Origin: an uncultured Fusibacter sp.
GTDB lineage: Bacteria; Bacillota; Clostridia; Peptostreptococcales; Acidaminobacteraceae
Length of the DNA: 35,381 bases
Reading direction: 5' to 3'
NCBI GenBank assembly: GCA_937958285.1
Contig: CALFXQ010000355.1
Location: 1 to 35,381, forward strand
Under the pieces are notes generated by a model. That model was not told where the DNA came from. It worked only from the letters and a program-made list of their open reading frames with translations, and did no database searches. The translations under genes were made by a program, and so were the position numbers. This document shows, one piece after another, positions 26,820 to 35,210 of the stretch (positions within the stretch are counted from its first letter, which is position 1; each line of letters opens with the position of its first letter).

Positions 26820-28388
26820 ATGCCAAATCAAACATCTGCAGATCAAAGTCATCATGGCCCATGGCTGGAGAGACAAGTAGAACTTCAAGCTAAAAAGTGC
26901 ACAACTAGCTGCATAAGACCTTTAAATAGCACCTTGCTCGAAGAGGCAAATACATTGGAGATGGCGGTGTATTTAGATATCGATCACGCCCTTGAGCGCT
27001 GGGATATAGACGAGTTTAAGGCACTCTATCGCGACAAAGGTCATTCCGTATATCAGGTTGCCCAGTATATCATTAAACGCATCGGCATATACAACGACGC
27101 CCTTCGCGCCATAAATCAGATTTCTCCCGTCATTTACGACGAAGCAAAGAAAATGATGGCGGAGCTTTCGGGTTTCGACAATTTTGAGTCGCTCTGGGAG
27201 ATTAAGCCCCTTTGGGGCATCCCAGTGGTGGTTAAAGACAATATTGCCACTGGTCCAGACATGCCAAATACAGCGGGTGCATTTGCCTTGCTCCATGCCA
27301 CGACGACTAGGCCTTCAACCGTAGTTAAGCGGCTAAAAGACGCTGGTGCCCTCGTTGTAGGTAAAGCAAATTTAAGCGAGTGGGCCAACTTTATGACCCT
27401 CGATTCATCAAACGGCTATAGTGCCCTGGGTGGGCAATCCATCAACCCCTTTGGTCCCTTCGATGTAGGTGGCTCTAGTGCGGGTTCCTGTGTTGCCGTC
27501 GCAGCAAAGATTGTGCCTATTGCCGTGGGTACAGAAACGGCGGGTTCCCTGATTTATCCCGCAAGTCAGAACCATGTGGTCAGTATAAAGCCCACAGTTG
27601 GCTTAATAAGTAGAGACTTAATTGTTCCAATTTCGAATTCACAAGATACACCTGGCCCCATTGCCAACACCATCGAAGATGCAGCGCTGCTTTTGTCTAT
27701 TCTCAGTGGCTCGTGCCCTCGGGATGCTAAAACACAAATGATCCCCCAGGTGTCAAGAGACTATATTTCCGATTGCCAGCGTGGGCCGATACCCCGAAAG
27801 TTGGGTGTTGTGATGAATCCTCAAGTGGTTCAAGACTATCGAGATGGCGATCAAGCCTTGTTGGATGCGGCGATTTCTAGGTTGGAGCGCTTAGGATATG
27901 CTGTGGAGCCAATCTATGTAGAGCCCATGGGTTTTGAGACGCGCATGTTTGAAGTGCTGCTCTTTGAATTTTACCGCGATGTAAATTTGTACCTTGCACA
28001 TCCCGATGTGGATAGTGTGTTAAATCTTGAAGATATTGTGCGCTACAATGCCAAGGACATGGCAAATCGCTGTGCATTTGGGCAGTCTTTACTCGAGCGC
28101 TGTGTTTCGGGTAGGCCGAGTGCACTGGTCTACCAGGAGGCACTCAATCGCAGTGTGTTAAGAGCTTCTACGGCAATTTTGGGCCCACTTCAATCAGTGG
28201 ATGCCCTCGTAACTGTGAGCAACTATGCCACGGTGCTATATGCCACAGCGGGGTATCCCGCAGTCAACGTGCCTATGGGCTTTAGAGCGCATGGCGAGCC
28301 CGTCGGTATTACATTTTTTGCAGGTGCTTTCCAAGAGCCTATACTACTTGAGATTGCATCTGCCTTTGAAAGACACGACAATCCATAA
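26820..28388 (+). CDS. Amidase-signature family protein
   Basis: GIPVVVKDNI, GKANLSEWANF, GGSSAGS, GTETAGS and QDTPGP. Confidence 0.9.
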   Translation: MPNQTSADQSHHGPWLERQVELQAKKCTTSCIRPLNSTLLEEANTLEMAVYLDIDHALERWDIDEFKALYRDKGHSVYQVAQYIIKRIGIYNDALRAINQISPVIYDEAKKMMAELSGFDNFESLWEIKPLWGIPVVVKDNIATGPDMPNTAGAFALLHATTTRPSTVVKRLKDAGALVVGKANLSEWANFMTLDSSNGYSALGGQSINPFGPFDVGGSSAGSCVAVAAKIVPIAVGTETAGSLIYPASQNHVVSIKPTVGLISRDLIVPISNSQDTPGPIANTIEDAALLLSILSGSCPRDAKTQMIPQVSRDYISDCQRGPIPRKLGVVMNPQVVQDYRDGDQALLDAAISRLERLGYAVEPIYVEPMGFETRMFEVLLFEFYRDVNLYLAHPDVDSVLNLEDIVRYNAKDMANRCAFGQSLLERCVSGRPSALVYQEALNRSVLRASTAILGPLQSVDALVTVSNYATVLYATAGYPAVNVPMGFRAHGEPVGITFFAGAFQEPILLEIASAFERHDNP

Positions 28389-28407
28389 TGACATTTGAGG
28401 AAGAGCT

Positions 28408-29055
28408 ATGTTTAAAAATCTTTTGAGGTTTGCGTTAATTTTGGCACTCGTTTTTGGAAGTTTCTTTGCTTATCAGGTCATTACCTTCGACCCGTCTAAC
28501 GAGACGTACGTACTAGGTCCTGAACTAATTATGCTCATTCGTGAATCCCAGCCGAATTACACCAAGCTTAAAGATATGCCAGAACACTTTTATACCATGG
28601 TCGTGGCAGTAGAAGATAAGCGATTTTATCGCCACTACGGCTTTGACCTGATTTCCATCGCAAAGGCTGTAAAGCGCAATGTGGCAGAGGGGTCTTATGC
28701 AGCTGGGGGTAGCACCATAACGCAGCAACTTGCGAAAAATCTTTTCTATAGCCAAGAGAAGCGCTTAACACGGAAAATATATGAGCTTTGGACGGCAATT
28801 CAGCTCGAGCGCCTCTTCTCTAAAGAAGAAATTTTGGAAATGTACATCAATGTGATATATTATGGGCAAGATGCATACGGTGTCAGCTCTGCGGCACGGG
28901 TGTACTTTGATAAGAAACCTTCCGAGCTCACGCTAGAAGAGAGTGCTTTGTTGGTGGGTATATTGCCAGCGCCAAGTGTTTTTAATCCTATTGCGAATCC
29001 AGAACTCGCAAAGGAACGTCAAAACAATGTGCTGTGGATCTACGATAACCGCTAA
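28408..29055 (+). CDS. Monofunctional peptidoglycan transglycosylase (GT51)
   Basis: N-terminal TM; EDKRFYRHYG, GGSTITQQLAKN, RKIYE and KEEILEMYIN; no transpeptidase domain. Confidence 0.9.
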   Translation: MFKNLLRFALILALVFGSFFAYQVITFDPSNETYVLGPELIMLIRESQPNYTKLKDMPEHFYTMVVAVEDKRFYRHYGFDLISIAKAVKRNVAEGSYAAGGSTITQQLAKNLFYSQEKRLTRKIYELWTAIQLERLFSKEEILEMYINVIYYGQDAYGVSSAARVYFDKKPSELTLEESALLVGILPAPSVFNPIANPELAKERQNNVLWIYDNR

Positions 29056-29080
29056 ATTTAAAATGTGAAGGAATCTTAAT

Positions 29081-29109
29081 TTGTTACTGCTTTCAACCCC
29101 ACATATAAT
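29081..29109 (+). promoter_or_regulatory. SigA-type promoter of typA
   Basis: TTGTTA-17 bp-TATAAT. Confidence 0.6.
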
Positions 29110-29127
29110 GGGAGCAGTGCTGAAATT

Positions 29128-29155
29128 GGGCACCCTTTATTGGGGTGCTTTCTTT
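29128..29155 (+). terminator. GC-rich hairpin with T-tract (terminator of the upstream genes, or attenuator in the typA leader)
   Basis: GGGCACCCT-TTATT-GGGGTGCTT followed by TCTTT. Confidence 0.55.
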
Positions 29156-29169
29156 ATATATTAAATAAG

Positions 29170-29202
29170 TATAGAGAACCGGTATTATAACCGGTCTCTA
29201 TA
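29170..29202. repeat. REP-like palindrome related to the 3226-3334 cluster
   Basis: tatagagaaccggtattataaccggtctct aligns without gaps to 3304-3333 at 24 of 30 positions; five of the six differences are in or next to the loop. Confidence 0.75.
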
Positions 29203-29247
29203 AGTTTATAAGTATAATGAGCGAACGATAGAAAGAAGAGTGAAAAC

Positions 29248-31056
29248 ATGAGAAACAAGATTATTAATATCGCTGTAATCGCCCACGTCGATGCAGGTAA
29301 ATCAACTTTAGTCGATGCACTTTTGAGCCAATCGGGCGTATTTCGTGAAAACGAAGCCGTCGTAGAGTGTATTATGGATTCCAACGACCTCGAGAGAGAG
29401 CGTGGTATTACAATTTATGCAAAGAACTGCGCCATTCGCCATGATGATTACAAGATTAACATTGTAGATACACCTGGCCATGCTGACTTTTCATCGGAAG
29501 TTGAACGCATTATCAAGACTGTAGATACTGCAATTCTTTTAGTGGATTCCAGCGAGGGTCCAATGCCTCAAACGCGCTTCGTTCTCAAAAAGGCCCTTGA
29601 GCAAGGTTTGAAGCCAATCCTTATGATCAATAAAATCGATAAGAAAGATGCACGTCCAGAGGCCGTAGTCGATATGACTTTCGATTTGTTTGCAGAGCTC
29701 GGCGCTACCGACGAACAATTGGATTTCCCAATTGTCTACGGTATCGCCAGAGAGGGTATTGCAAAGCGCGAGCTCGCCGATGAGTCAACAGACTTAACAC
29801 CTTTGTTTGAGACCATCGTCGCCCACGTAGAGGCATATCCAAATCGCGATGATGAAGCGCTACAAGTACACATCTCGTCTTTAGCATACGACGAGTATAT
29901 TGGTCGCCTTGGCATTGGCCGCGTCTATAAAGGTACTTTGCGTCCTGGTCAGCAGGTTGTCGTCGCCAAGCGCGATGGCGAGGTGAAGCGCGGCAAAGTG
30001 GGCAAAGTGTTTGTCAACGAAGGTTTAAAGCGCACTGAGACGGATGGTGCACAGAGTGGTGAAATCGTCATACTCTCAGGTTTTAGCGATATCTCCATTG
30101 GCGAGACCATCGGTTTAGATGGCAGCCTAGAAGCACTTCCACTAATCGATATCGAAGAGCCTACTCTCTCTATGAATTTCTTGGTCAACGACTCGCCTTT
30201 TTGCGGTCAGTCGGGTAAATTCTTGACCTCGCGCCACTTAAGAGCGCGTTTAGATCGTGAATTAGAGACAAACGTGGGACTAAAAGTAGAAGAGTTGCCA
30301 GCTTTAGACGGTTTTAAAGTCTCTGGCCGAGGCGAATTGCACTTGTCGGTTCTACTAGAAAACATGCGACGCGAGGGCTATGAGCTGGCTGTATCTAAGC
30401 CAGAGGTTTTGATGAAAACCGTTGATGGCGTTCTTAACGAACCCTTTGAGCGCGTCATTATCGATTTGCCAGACGACTATTCGGGCACAGTAATCTCGAG
30501 ATTAAACCAACGCAAAGGTATCCTCGAAATGATGCACGCAGATGCGGGTTACACGCGAATCGAGTTCGTCGTTCCAACCCGTGGCCTCTTGGGATATCGC
30601 TCAGACTTTATCAATGAGACCCGCGGCGAGGGAATTATGGTGCGCTCCTTCGACAGTTTCAGACCACACGTTGGCGATATACCAACGCGTGTCAACGGCG
30701 TCTTAATCTCGCAAGTACAGGGCTCTACAATGGCATATGCCCTCTTTAATCTCAGCGAACGCGCCCAATTATTTGTTGGTGCGGCAGTCGATGTTTACGA
30801 AGGTATGGTTATTGGCAAGAACAGTCGTTCTGAAGACATGGTCGTCAACCCAACAAAGAACAAGAAGTTGACGAATACACGTGCATCGGGCTCCGACGAT
30901 GCGATAAAGCTTCAAGCGCCAAGAACCTTCTCCCTCGAAGAGGCACTAGAGTTTATCGAAGCCGATGAACTTGTAGAAATCACACCAGTTGCCATCCGCC
31001 TACGCAAGCGTCACTTAAGTTACAACGACCGCGTAAAGGCTGCAAAACAACAATAA
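29248..31056 (+). CDS. typA: Translational GTPase TypA/BipA
   Basis: NIAVIAHVDAGKST, ERERGITI, DTPGHADF, NKID, GRGELHL and LEEALEFI..DELVEITP..IRLRK. Confidence 0.97.
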   Translation: MRNKIINIAVIAHVDAGKSTLVDALLSQSGVFRENEAVVECIMDSNDLERERGITIYAKNCAIRHDDYKINIVDTPGHADFSSEVERIIKTVDTAILLVDSSEGPMPQTRFVLKKALEQGLKPILMINKIDKKDARPEAVVDMTFDLFAELGATDEQLDFPIVYGIAREGIAKRELADESTDLTPLFETIVAHVEAYPNRDDEALQVHISSLAYDEYIGRLGIGRVYKGTLRPGQQVVVAKRDGEVKRGKVGKVFVNEGLKRTETDGAQSGEIVILSGFSDISIGETIGLDGSLEALPLIDIEEPTLSMNFLVNDSPFCGQSGKFLTSRHLRARLDRELETNVGLKVEELPALDGFKVSGRGELHLSVLLENMRREGYELAVSKPEVLMKTVDGVLNEPFERVIIDLPDDYSGTVISRLNQRKGILEMMHADAGYTRIEFVVPTRGLLGYRSDFINETRGEGIMVRSFDSFRPHVGDIPTRVNGVLISQVQGSTMAYALFNLSERAQLFVGAAVDVYEGMVIGKNSRSEDMVVNPTKNKKLTNTRASGSDDAIKLQAPRTFSLEEALEFIEADELVEITPVAIRLRKRHLSYNDRVKAAKQQ

Positions 31057-31082
31057 TTTACACTTTAATAATTTGTACTATG

Positions 31083-31111
31083 AAAACAGCGCCTTCTCTG
31101 CGCTGTTTTTT
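31083..31111 (+). terminator. Intrinsic terminator of typA
   Basis: AAAACAGCGC-N7-GCGCTGTTTTTT. Confidence 0.88.
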
Positions 31112-31233
31112 GTTTAAGGTGTGTAATACTTGTTTTTACGACTGTACAGGTGTAGGATAGTTATTGTAGTCCTAAAGTTGCCGTGTATCTTATAACAAAC
31201 AGTTTATCGCAATTCAAAAAAGGAGTGTCCCAT

Positions 31234-32121
31234 ATGACCACCCAGTTGTTTGTCGATAGTACAGCATATCTGACAAAAGAAAATATAGAAAGATATCAGA
31301 TTCAGGTTCTCAGCCTATCGGTACATTTTCAAGGCGACGCGCCTGAAACGTCTGCAGCTAACGGTGAAAGCTATCTAGAAACTCAGGTCGATTACGACTA
31401 CTTCTATAAAAAACTCACCACGGCAAATGCACTGCCAACCTCATCCCAACCCAATATTCACCATATGCAGGAGGCGTTTTCTCAAGCGCTGAGCAGTGGC
31501 AAAGATCTATTCGTACTGACGCTATCATCAGACATGAGCGGCACTTACCAAACGGCGAAGTTAGTTCTCGATGAACTGCAAGAAATCTACCCAAATCGCG
31601 TAATCACCTTGGTTGACTCGCGCTCTAATTGCATGCAACTAGGTTTTCAAGCCCTCTCTGCAGCGGAAACCCTCGCTTCTGGCAAAGATCATTCCGACGC
31701 CTTAATCGCCGTTTTTCGCACCCAAGCCGCTTCGAGGTTTATTTTTATCGCAGATACCCTTAAATATTTGGAAAAAGGTGGTCGCATTGGCAAGGCCTCA
31801 GCCTTTTTAGGCACCTTGTTAAACATCAAGCCCATCCTCACCGTTCAAGATGGCCGAACAGATGCAATCGCAAAAGTGCGCACACGTCAAAAGGCACTAG
31901 AAGTCATTGCAGACAGGGTGGCCAAGGACGTCAGTCTCCATGGCTTTCGTCGTGCATGCATCCATCACATCGACAATCCAGAAGGGGTTAAGGCGTTGGT
32001 GGAGGCTTTGCCCCATGAAGTGGCAAAGGACATACCCATTGTATCAATCGGACCCGTTATAGGCACTCACGTAGGCCCTGGCGCTGTGGGCATTGTCTAC
32101 GAAACTTATGGGAGGCTCTAA
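31234..32121 (+). CDS. DegV family fatty-acid-binding protein (FakB-like)
   Basis: AAGGAG RBS precedes ATG 31234; VDST, PTSSQP, LSSDMSGT, KGGRIG, IKPIL and GTHVGPG. Confidence 0.92.
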   Translation: MTTQLFVDSTAYLTKENIERYQIQVLSLSVHFQGDAPETSAANGESYLETQVDYDYFYKKLTTANALPTSSQPNIHHMQEAFSQALSSGKDLFVLTLSSDMSGTYQTAKLVLDELQEIYPNRVITLVDSRSNCMQLGFQALSAAETLASGKDHSDALIAVFRTQAASRFIFIADTLKYLEKGGRIGKASAFLGTLLNIKPILTVQDGRTDAIAKVRTRQKALEVIADRVAKDVSLHGFRRACIHHIDNPEGVKALVEALPHEVAKDIPIVSIGPVIGTHVGPGAVGIVYETYGRL

Positions 32122-33395
32122 TGCTAGATAATAAGTTTGTAAACAGCAAGCCATTGAACAATGAACAACAAATCAATGAACAACTAAACAATGAACAACA
32201 AATCAACGTTCAACTAAACAATTGGCAAGAGAACAAAAGTAGATTTCAGCCCCTCGGTGTTCTTATTGTGGGTTACGGCCTGTCTGGTCGAATTTTCCAC
32301 GGGGCGATGCTTGCAAGTCTTCCCAATTACTATCGAATTATCGGCATTGTGACTTCTAGTGCAGATAAATCAGAGCAGGCACTAAACGACATACCTGGTG
32401 TTGTGGTGTATTCTCAAGACGCTCTGCAAGAGGCACTCGATAGGCAAGATATCGATTTAGTTATAGTGAGTACGCCAAATCAAACCCATGCGCCCTTGGC
32501 AATCCAAGCCCTTCAGGCGGGGAAGCACGTGTGCATCGAAAAGCCTTTTGCACCGACAGTGGCCGAGGGCATGCAGATAATCGAGGCGGCAAAAAAAGCT
32601 AATCGCCTGGTGAGCGTTTATCAAAATCGGCGCTATGATGGCGATTTTTTAACGCTACAGCAAGTGATTAGCTCTGGACAACTAGGGAAGATTGTGGCAT
32701 TTGAATCGCGCTTTGACCGTTTTAGACCCCAACCCAAAGCAGCTTCCTGGCGCGAGTCGGATCAACCAGGTTCGGGAATTTTGTTTGATCTAGGTGCACA
32801 TTTAATCGATCAGGCTTTGGTGCTCTTTGGCGCGCCATCAAAGACCTATGCCGATATTCGAAAGCAGCGGGGACCACTTGCCAAAACCGATGATGGCTTT
32901 GAGCTAATACTCGATTACCCGGAAGCCTCTCGAGGAGAGGGCATAAAGGTCACCTTGTTGTCAGGCAGTTTTGTAAACTACCCAACACCGCGCTTTGTAC
33001 TTCTTGGTGAGCTGGGCAGCTATGTGCAATACGGCCTAGACCCCCAAGAAGCTGACTTAAGAGCGGGTCTGCGCCCGCACCTTGTGGAAGCTGCCGGCGG
33101 CATCTGGGGATCTCGTTCTTCAGCACACCAAAATCAAAATCAAAACCAAAACCAAAACCAAAACCAAAACCAAAATCAAAACCAAAACCAAAACCAAAGG
33201 CAATTAAACTCCGGCCATGGGTTATTTTATGGTGCTGATGGCTCGGTAAATTTGATCGAAACAATTCCAGGTGACTATCGCATCTTCTTTTGCGACCTCT
33301 ATAAAGCCATCGTTCAGAATGAAGCATCACTCTTGCCGGTCACTGCTGAAGATGCCTTGGCGACAATTGCATTGATTGAGAGCTTCCGCGGTTAG
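32121..33395 (+). CDS. Gfo/Idh/MocA family NAD(P)-dependent oxidoreductase (YdgJ/IolW-like)
   Basis: VGYGLSGRIFH, GKHVCIEKP, YQNRRYDGDF, DLGAHLIDQA and GLDPQE; GGAGG RBS with TAATG overlap. Confidence 0.92.
   Translation: MLDNKFVNSKPLNNEQQINEQLNNEQQINVQLNNWQENKSRFQPLGVLIVGYGLSGRIFHGAMLASLPNYYRIIGIVTSSADKSEQALNDIPGVVVYSQDALQEALDRQDIDLVIVSTPNQTHAPLAIQALQAGKHVCIEKPFAPTVAEGMQIIEAAKKANRLVSVYQNRRYDGDFLTLQQVISSGQLGKIVAFESRFDRFRPQPKAASWRESDQPGSGILFDLGAHLIDQALVLFGAPSKTYADIRKQRGPLAKTDDGFELILDYPEASRGEGIKVTLLSGSFVNYPTPRFVLLGELGSYVQYGLDPQEADLRAGLRPHLVEAAGGIWGSRSSAHQNQNQNQNQNQNQNQNQNQNQNQRQLNSGHGLFYGADGSVNLIETIPGDYRIFFCDLYKAIVQNEASLLPVTAEDALATIALIESFRG
32157..32222 (+). repeat. About 2.2 copies of a 30-bp in-frame repeat (NNEQQINEQL)
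   Basis: aacaatgaacaacaaatcaatgaacaacta / aacaatgaacaacaaatcaacgttcaacta / aacaat. Confidence 0.9.
33129..33197 (+). repeat. (CAAAAY)11 hexanucleotide microsatellite encoding (QN)11Q
   Basis: Read directly from the sequence. Confidence 0.97.
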
Positions 33396-34476
33396 AATTA
33401 AACGGACTAGGTATACTTAGGGCCATTTTTCTTAAGTGAGAATTGTACATTGCGGGCGATTTAAGCTGCTTTAAGAGTAAGTTGGTTTTAATGGATTGCA
33501 TTTGCTTAGTGTATCGTTCCAAGTAGCCATCAAGGCCACATTCTACGCTCTCTGCTAGCATGCACGCACTCTTAAGAGCGTAGCTAATGCCTTCTGCTGA
33601 ACTGGGGCTTATGGCTCCCGCAGCCTCGCCTATTAATGCAATATTGCCCTTGCCTGGGTTAAAATTGCTAAGAGACTGGGGTCTTTGAATAAAGGCTCCC
33701 TCTGTTCGAATGGCTTGTTCCAAAGGAAAACCGCGTGCGATTAACTTGCACTTTATGTTTTCATATTTTTCACGTGCATCTTTTCCAGGTCTAAGTGCCA
33801 CGCCAAATAGCAGTTTGCCGTCCTTTGGAATTGTCCAACCGTAGAAGTCAGTGTTCTCAGGATCGAAGATGGCAGTAAAGTAAGGCATGTGTTTTGAGGT
33901 CAAAAACCACTCCTGAATGGCAATATATTTGTGATCGAGCGGTTTCTTTTCAATGGTATTTCTAACTTTTGATTGAGCGCCATCTGCACCCACAAGCAAT
34001 CGACAGATTGCTTTTTTTTCTTGCCCAGATGTTCGATCCCAGTAGGTAACCTCGACTCCCTGGGGAATGTGATTGCTGGACTTATAGAGTACATTGAAAA
34101 CCTTGGTGACATGGGCCGGCACCATATCAATCAGCCATTCATCGAACTTATCACGATCCATATTGATGTAAAATCTTTGAAAGTCCCGCTCTATGTTGTA
34201 CTTGAGATCAATAACGCGCACATTGAAGAGTTGTGGATCAACCAAGATCTCCTTAGGGATTCCCAAGCCCATTTGGGCGATAATGCGCTGAGCATCTGGT
34301 GCGAGCAGGCCGCCACAGCATTTGTGTTTGTGAATGCTTTCATTGCCGTCATTGCAGTCATTGCAGCCATTGCTGTCATTGCGGCTATCGAGAAGTAAGA
34401 TCTTGTACATGGGATTGAGAAGCTTCGCGAGTGTCGCGCCCGCTGGACCTGCGCCGATAATAATGATATCGTACAT
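33340..34476 (-). CDS. FAD-dependent oxidoreductase, CbrA-like (geranylgeranyl-reductase superfamily)
   Basis: AGGAG RBS precedes ATG 34476 (MYDIIIIGAGPAG); CGGLLAPDAQ, VGADGA, YIAIQEWF and GEAAGAISPSS.EGISYA resemble E. coli CbrA. Confidence 0.85.
   Translation of the reverse strand: MYDIIIIGAGPAGATLAKLLNPMYKILLLDSRNDSNGCNDCNDGNESIHKHKCCGGLLAPDAQRIIAQMGLGIPKEILVDPQLFNVRVIDLKYNIERDFQRFYINMDRDKFDEWLIDMVPAHVTKVFNVLYKSSNHIPQGVEVTYWDRTSGQEKKAICRLLVGADGAQSKVRNTIEKKPLDHKYIAIQEWFLTSKHMPYFTAIFDPENTDFYGWTIPKDGKLLFGVALRPGKDAREKYENIKCKLIARGFPLEQAIRTEGAFIQRPQSLSNFNPGKGNIALIGEAAGAISPSSAEGISYALKSACMLAESVECGLDGYLERYTKQMQSIKTNLLLKQLKSPAMYNSHLRKMALSIPSPFNSNRGSSQSMQLSPRHLQQ
34340..34384 (-). repeat. Five copies of a 9-bp in-frame repeat (RND SNG CND CND GNE)
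   Basis: tcattgccg tcattgcag tcattgcag ccattgctg tcattgcgg on the + strand. Confidence 0.9.
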
Positions 34477-34477
34477 G

Positions 34478-34699
34478 TTAGTTCTCCTGTGGATGAGTTG
34501 CCTTAAATTCGAGGATATCCCCAGGCTGGCAGTCGAGTGCAATACAAATTGCTTCGAGGGTGCTGATACGTATGGCCTTTGCTTTTCCATTTTTGAGTAT
34601 GGAGAGATTTGCAAGCGTGATGCCTACTCTTTCTGCGAGTTCTGTAACGCTCATTTTTCTTTTGGCAAGCATCACGTCAATGTTAATAATAATGGGCAT
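34478..34699 (-). CDS. XRE/Cro-C1 HTH regulator, YozG-like
   Basis: MPIIINIDVMLAKRKMSVTELAERVGITLANLSILKNGKAKAIR..TLEAIC.ALDCQPGDILE. Confidence 0.92.
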   Translation of the reverse strand: MPIIINIDVMLAKRKMSVTELAERVGITLANLSILKNGKAKAIRISTLEAICIALDCQPGDILEFKATHPQEN

Positions 34700-34718
34700 T
34701 CGAACCTCCTTGAAGCAC

Positions 34719-35210
34719 TTATATAGTGTACTCGTTTTCTTCTTTTAAGGCGAATGCCTGCGCTAATAGCTTCTGAAGTACGGCTGCAAAAACACCGACG
34801 AGCAGTGGCATGAAGACAAAGGCAAAATTGAGGACGAGTATAAGTTCCGATTGACTCAGAAGCAGATATGAAATGGGTAGCGTACATAGATAGATTACAG
34901 ATATTGATGTTGCGCTGATTTTTATGTTGCTGAGTGATCGAATGGACGGTACAGAGAATGCCTGCTCACTGTCTATGGCCTTAAGTAGTTTCTGCGCCTG
35001 GAACAGAGTGTAAAAATAGGGAATCGCAGATGTATACATTGCAAGGATTCCGATGCGGTAAAGCCATTTTGATGGATCCGTTGATGTTTGAATGATAAGG
35101 TTTGGCAATATCCAGATGCATAAGAGTAGAATTGGCGCGCCAAGAATAAGTAGGGACAGTTTTAAAAACAAGGTGCCAGTCTTTGTGGTTACATCCTTTA
35201 CATCAGTCAT
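34719..35210 (-). CDS. DUF2975 domain membrane protein
   Basis: AAGGAG RBS precedes ATG 35210; TLFLK, KLL..ID...AFS..S...L..IK, FAAVLQKLL and LKEENEYTI; adjacent to a YozG-like regulator, the usual pairing. Confidence 0.87.
   Translation of the reverse strand: MTDVKDVTTKTGTLFLKLSLLILGAPILLLCIWILPNLIIQTSTDPSKWLYRIGILAMYTSAIPYFYTLFQAQKLLKAIDSEQAFSVPSIRSLSNIKISATSISVIYLCTLPISYLLLSQSELILVLNFAFVFMPLLVGVFAAVLQKLLAQAFALKEENEYTI

Noticed and set aside
29154..29384. 76-aa ORF antisense to the typA start
   Set aside because: It is an antisense shadow of the GTPase P-loop region with no independent evidence.
32950..33330. Minus-strand ORF with FG repeats (nucleoporin-like)
   Set aside because: It is only the reverse complement of the CAAAAY microsatellite inside the oxidoreductase.
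34477..34614. 46-aa N-terminal extension of the cbrA-like ORF
   Set aside because: It overlaps the well-conserved XRE gene; the Rossmann motif begins at ATG 34476, which has its own RBS.
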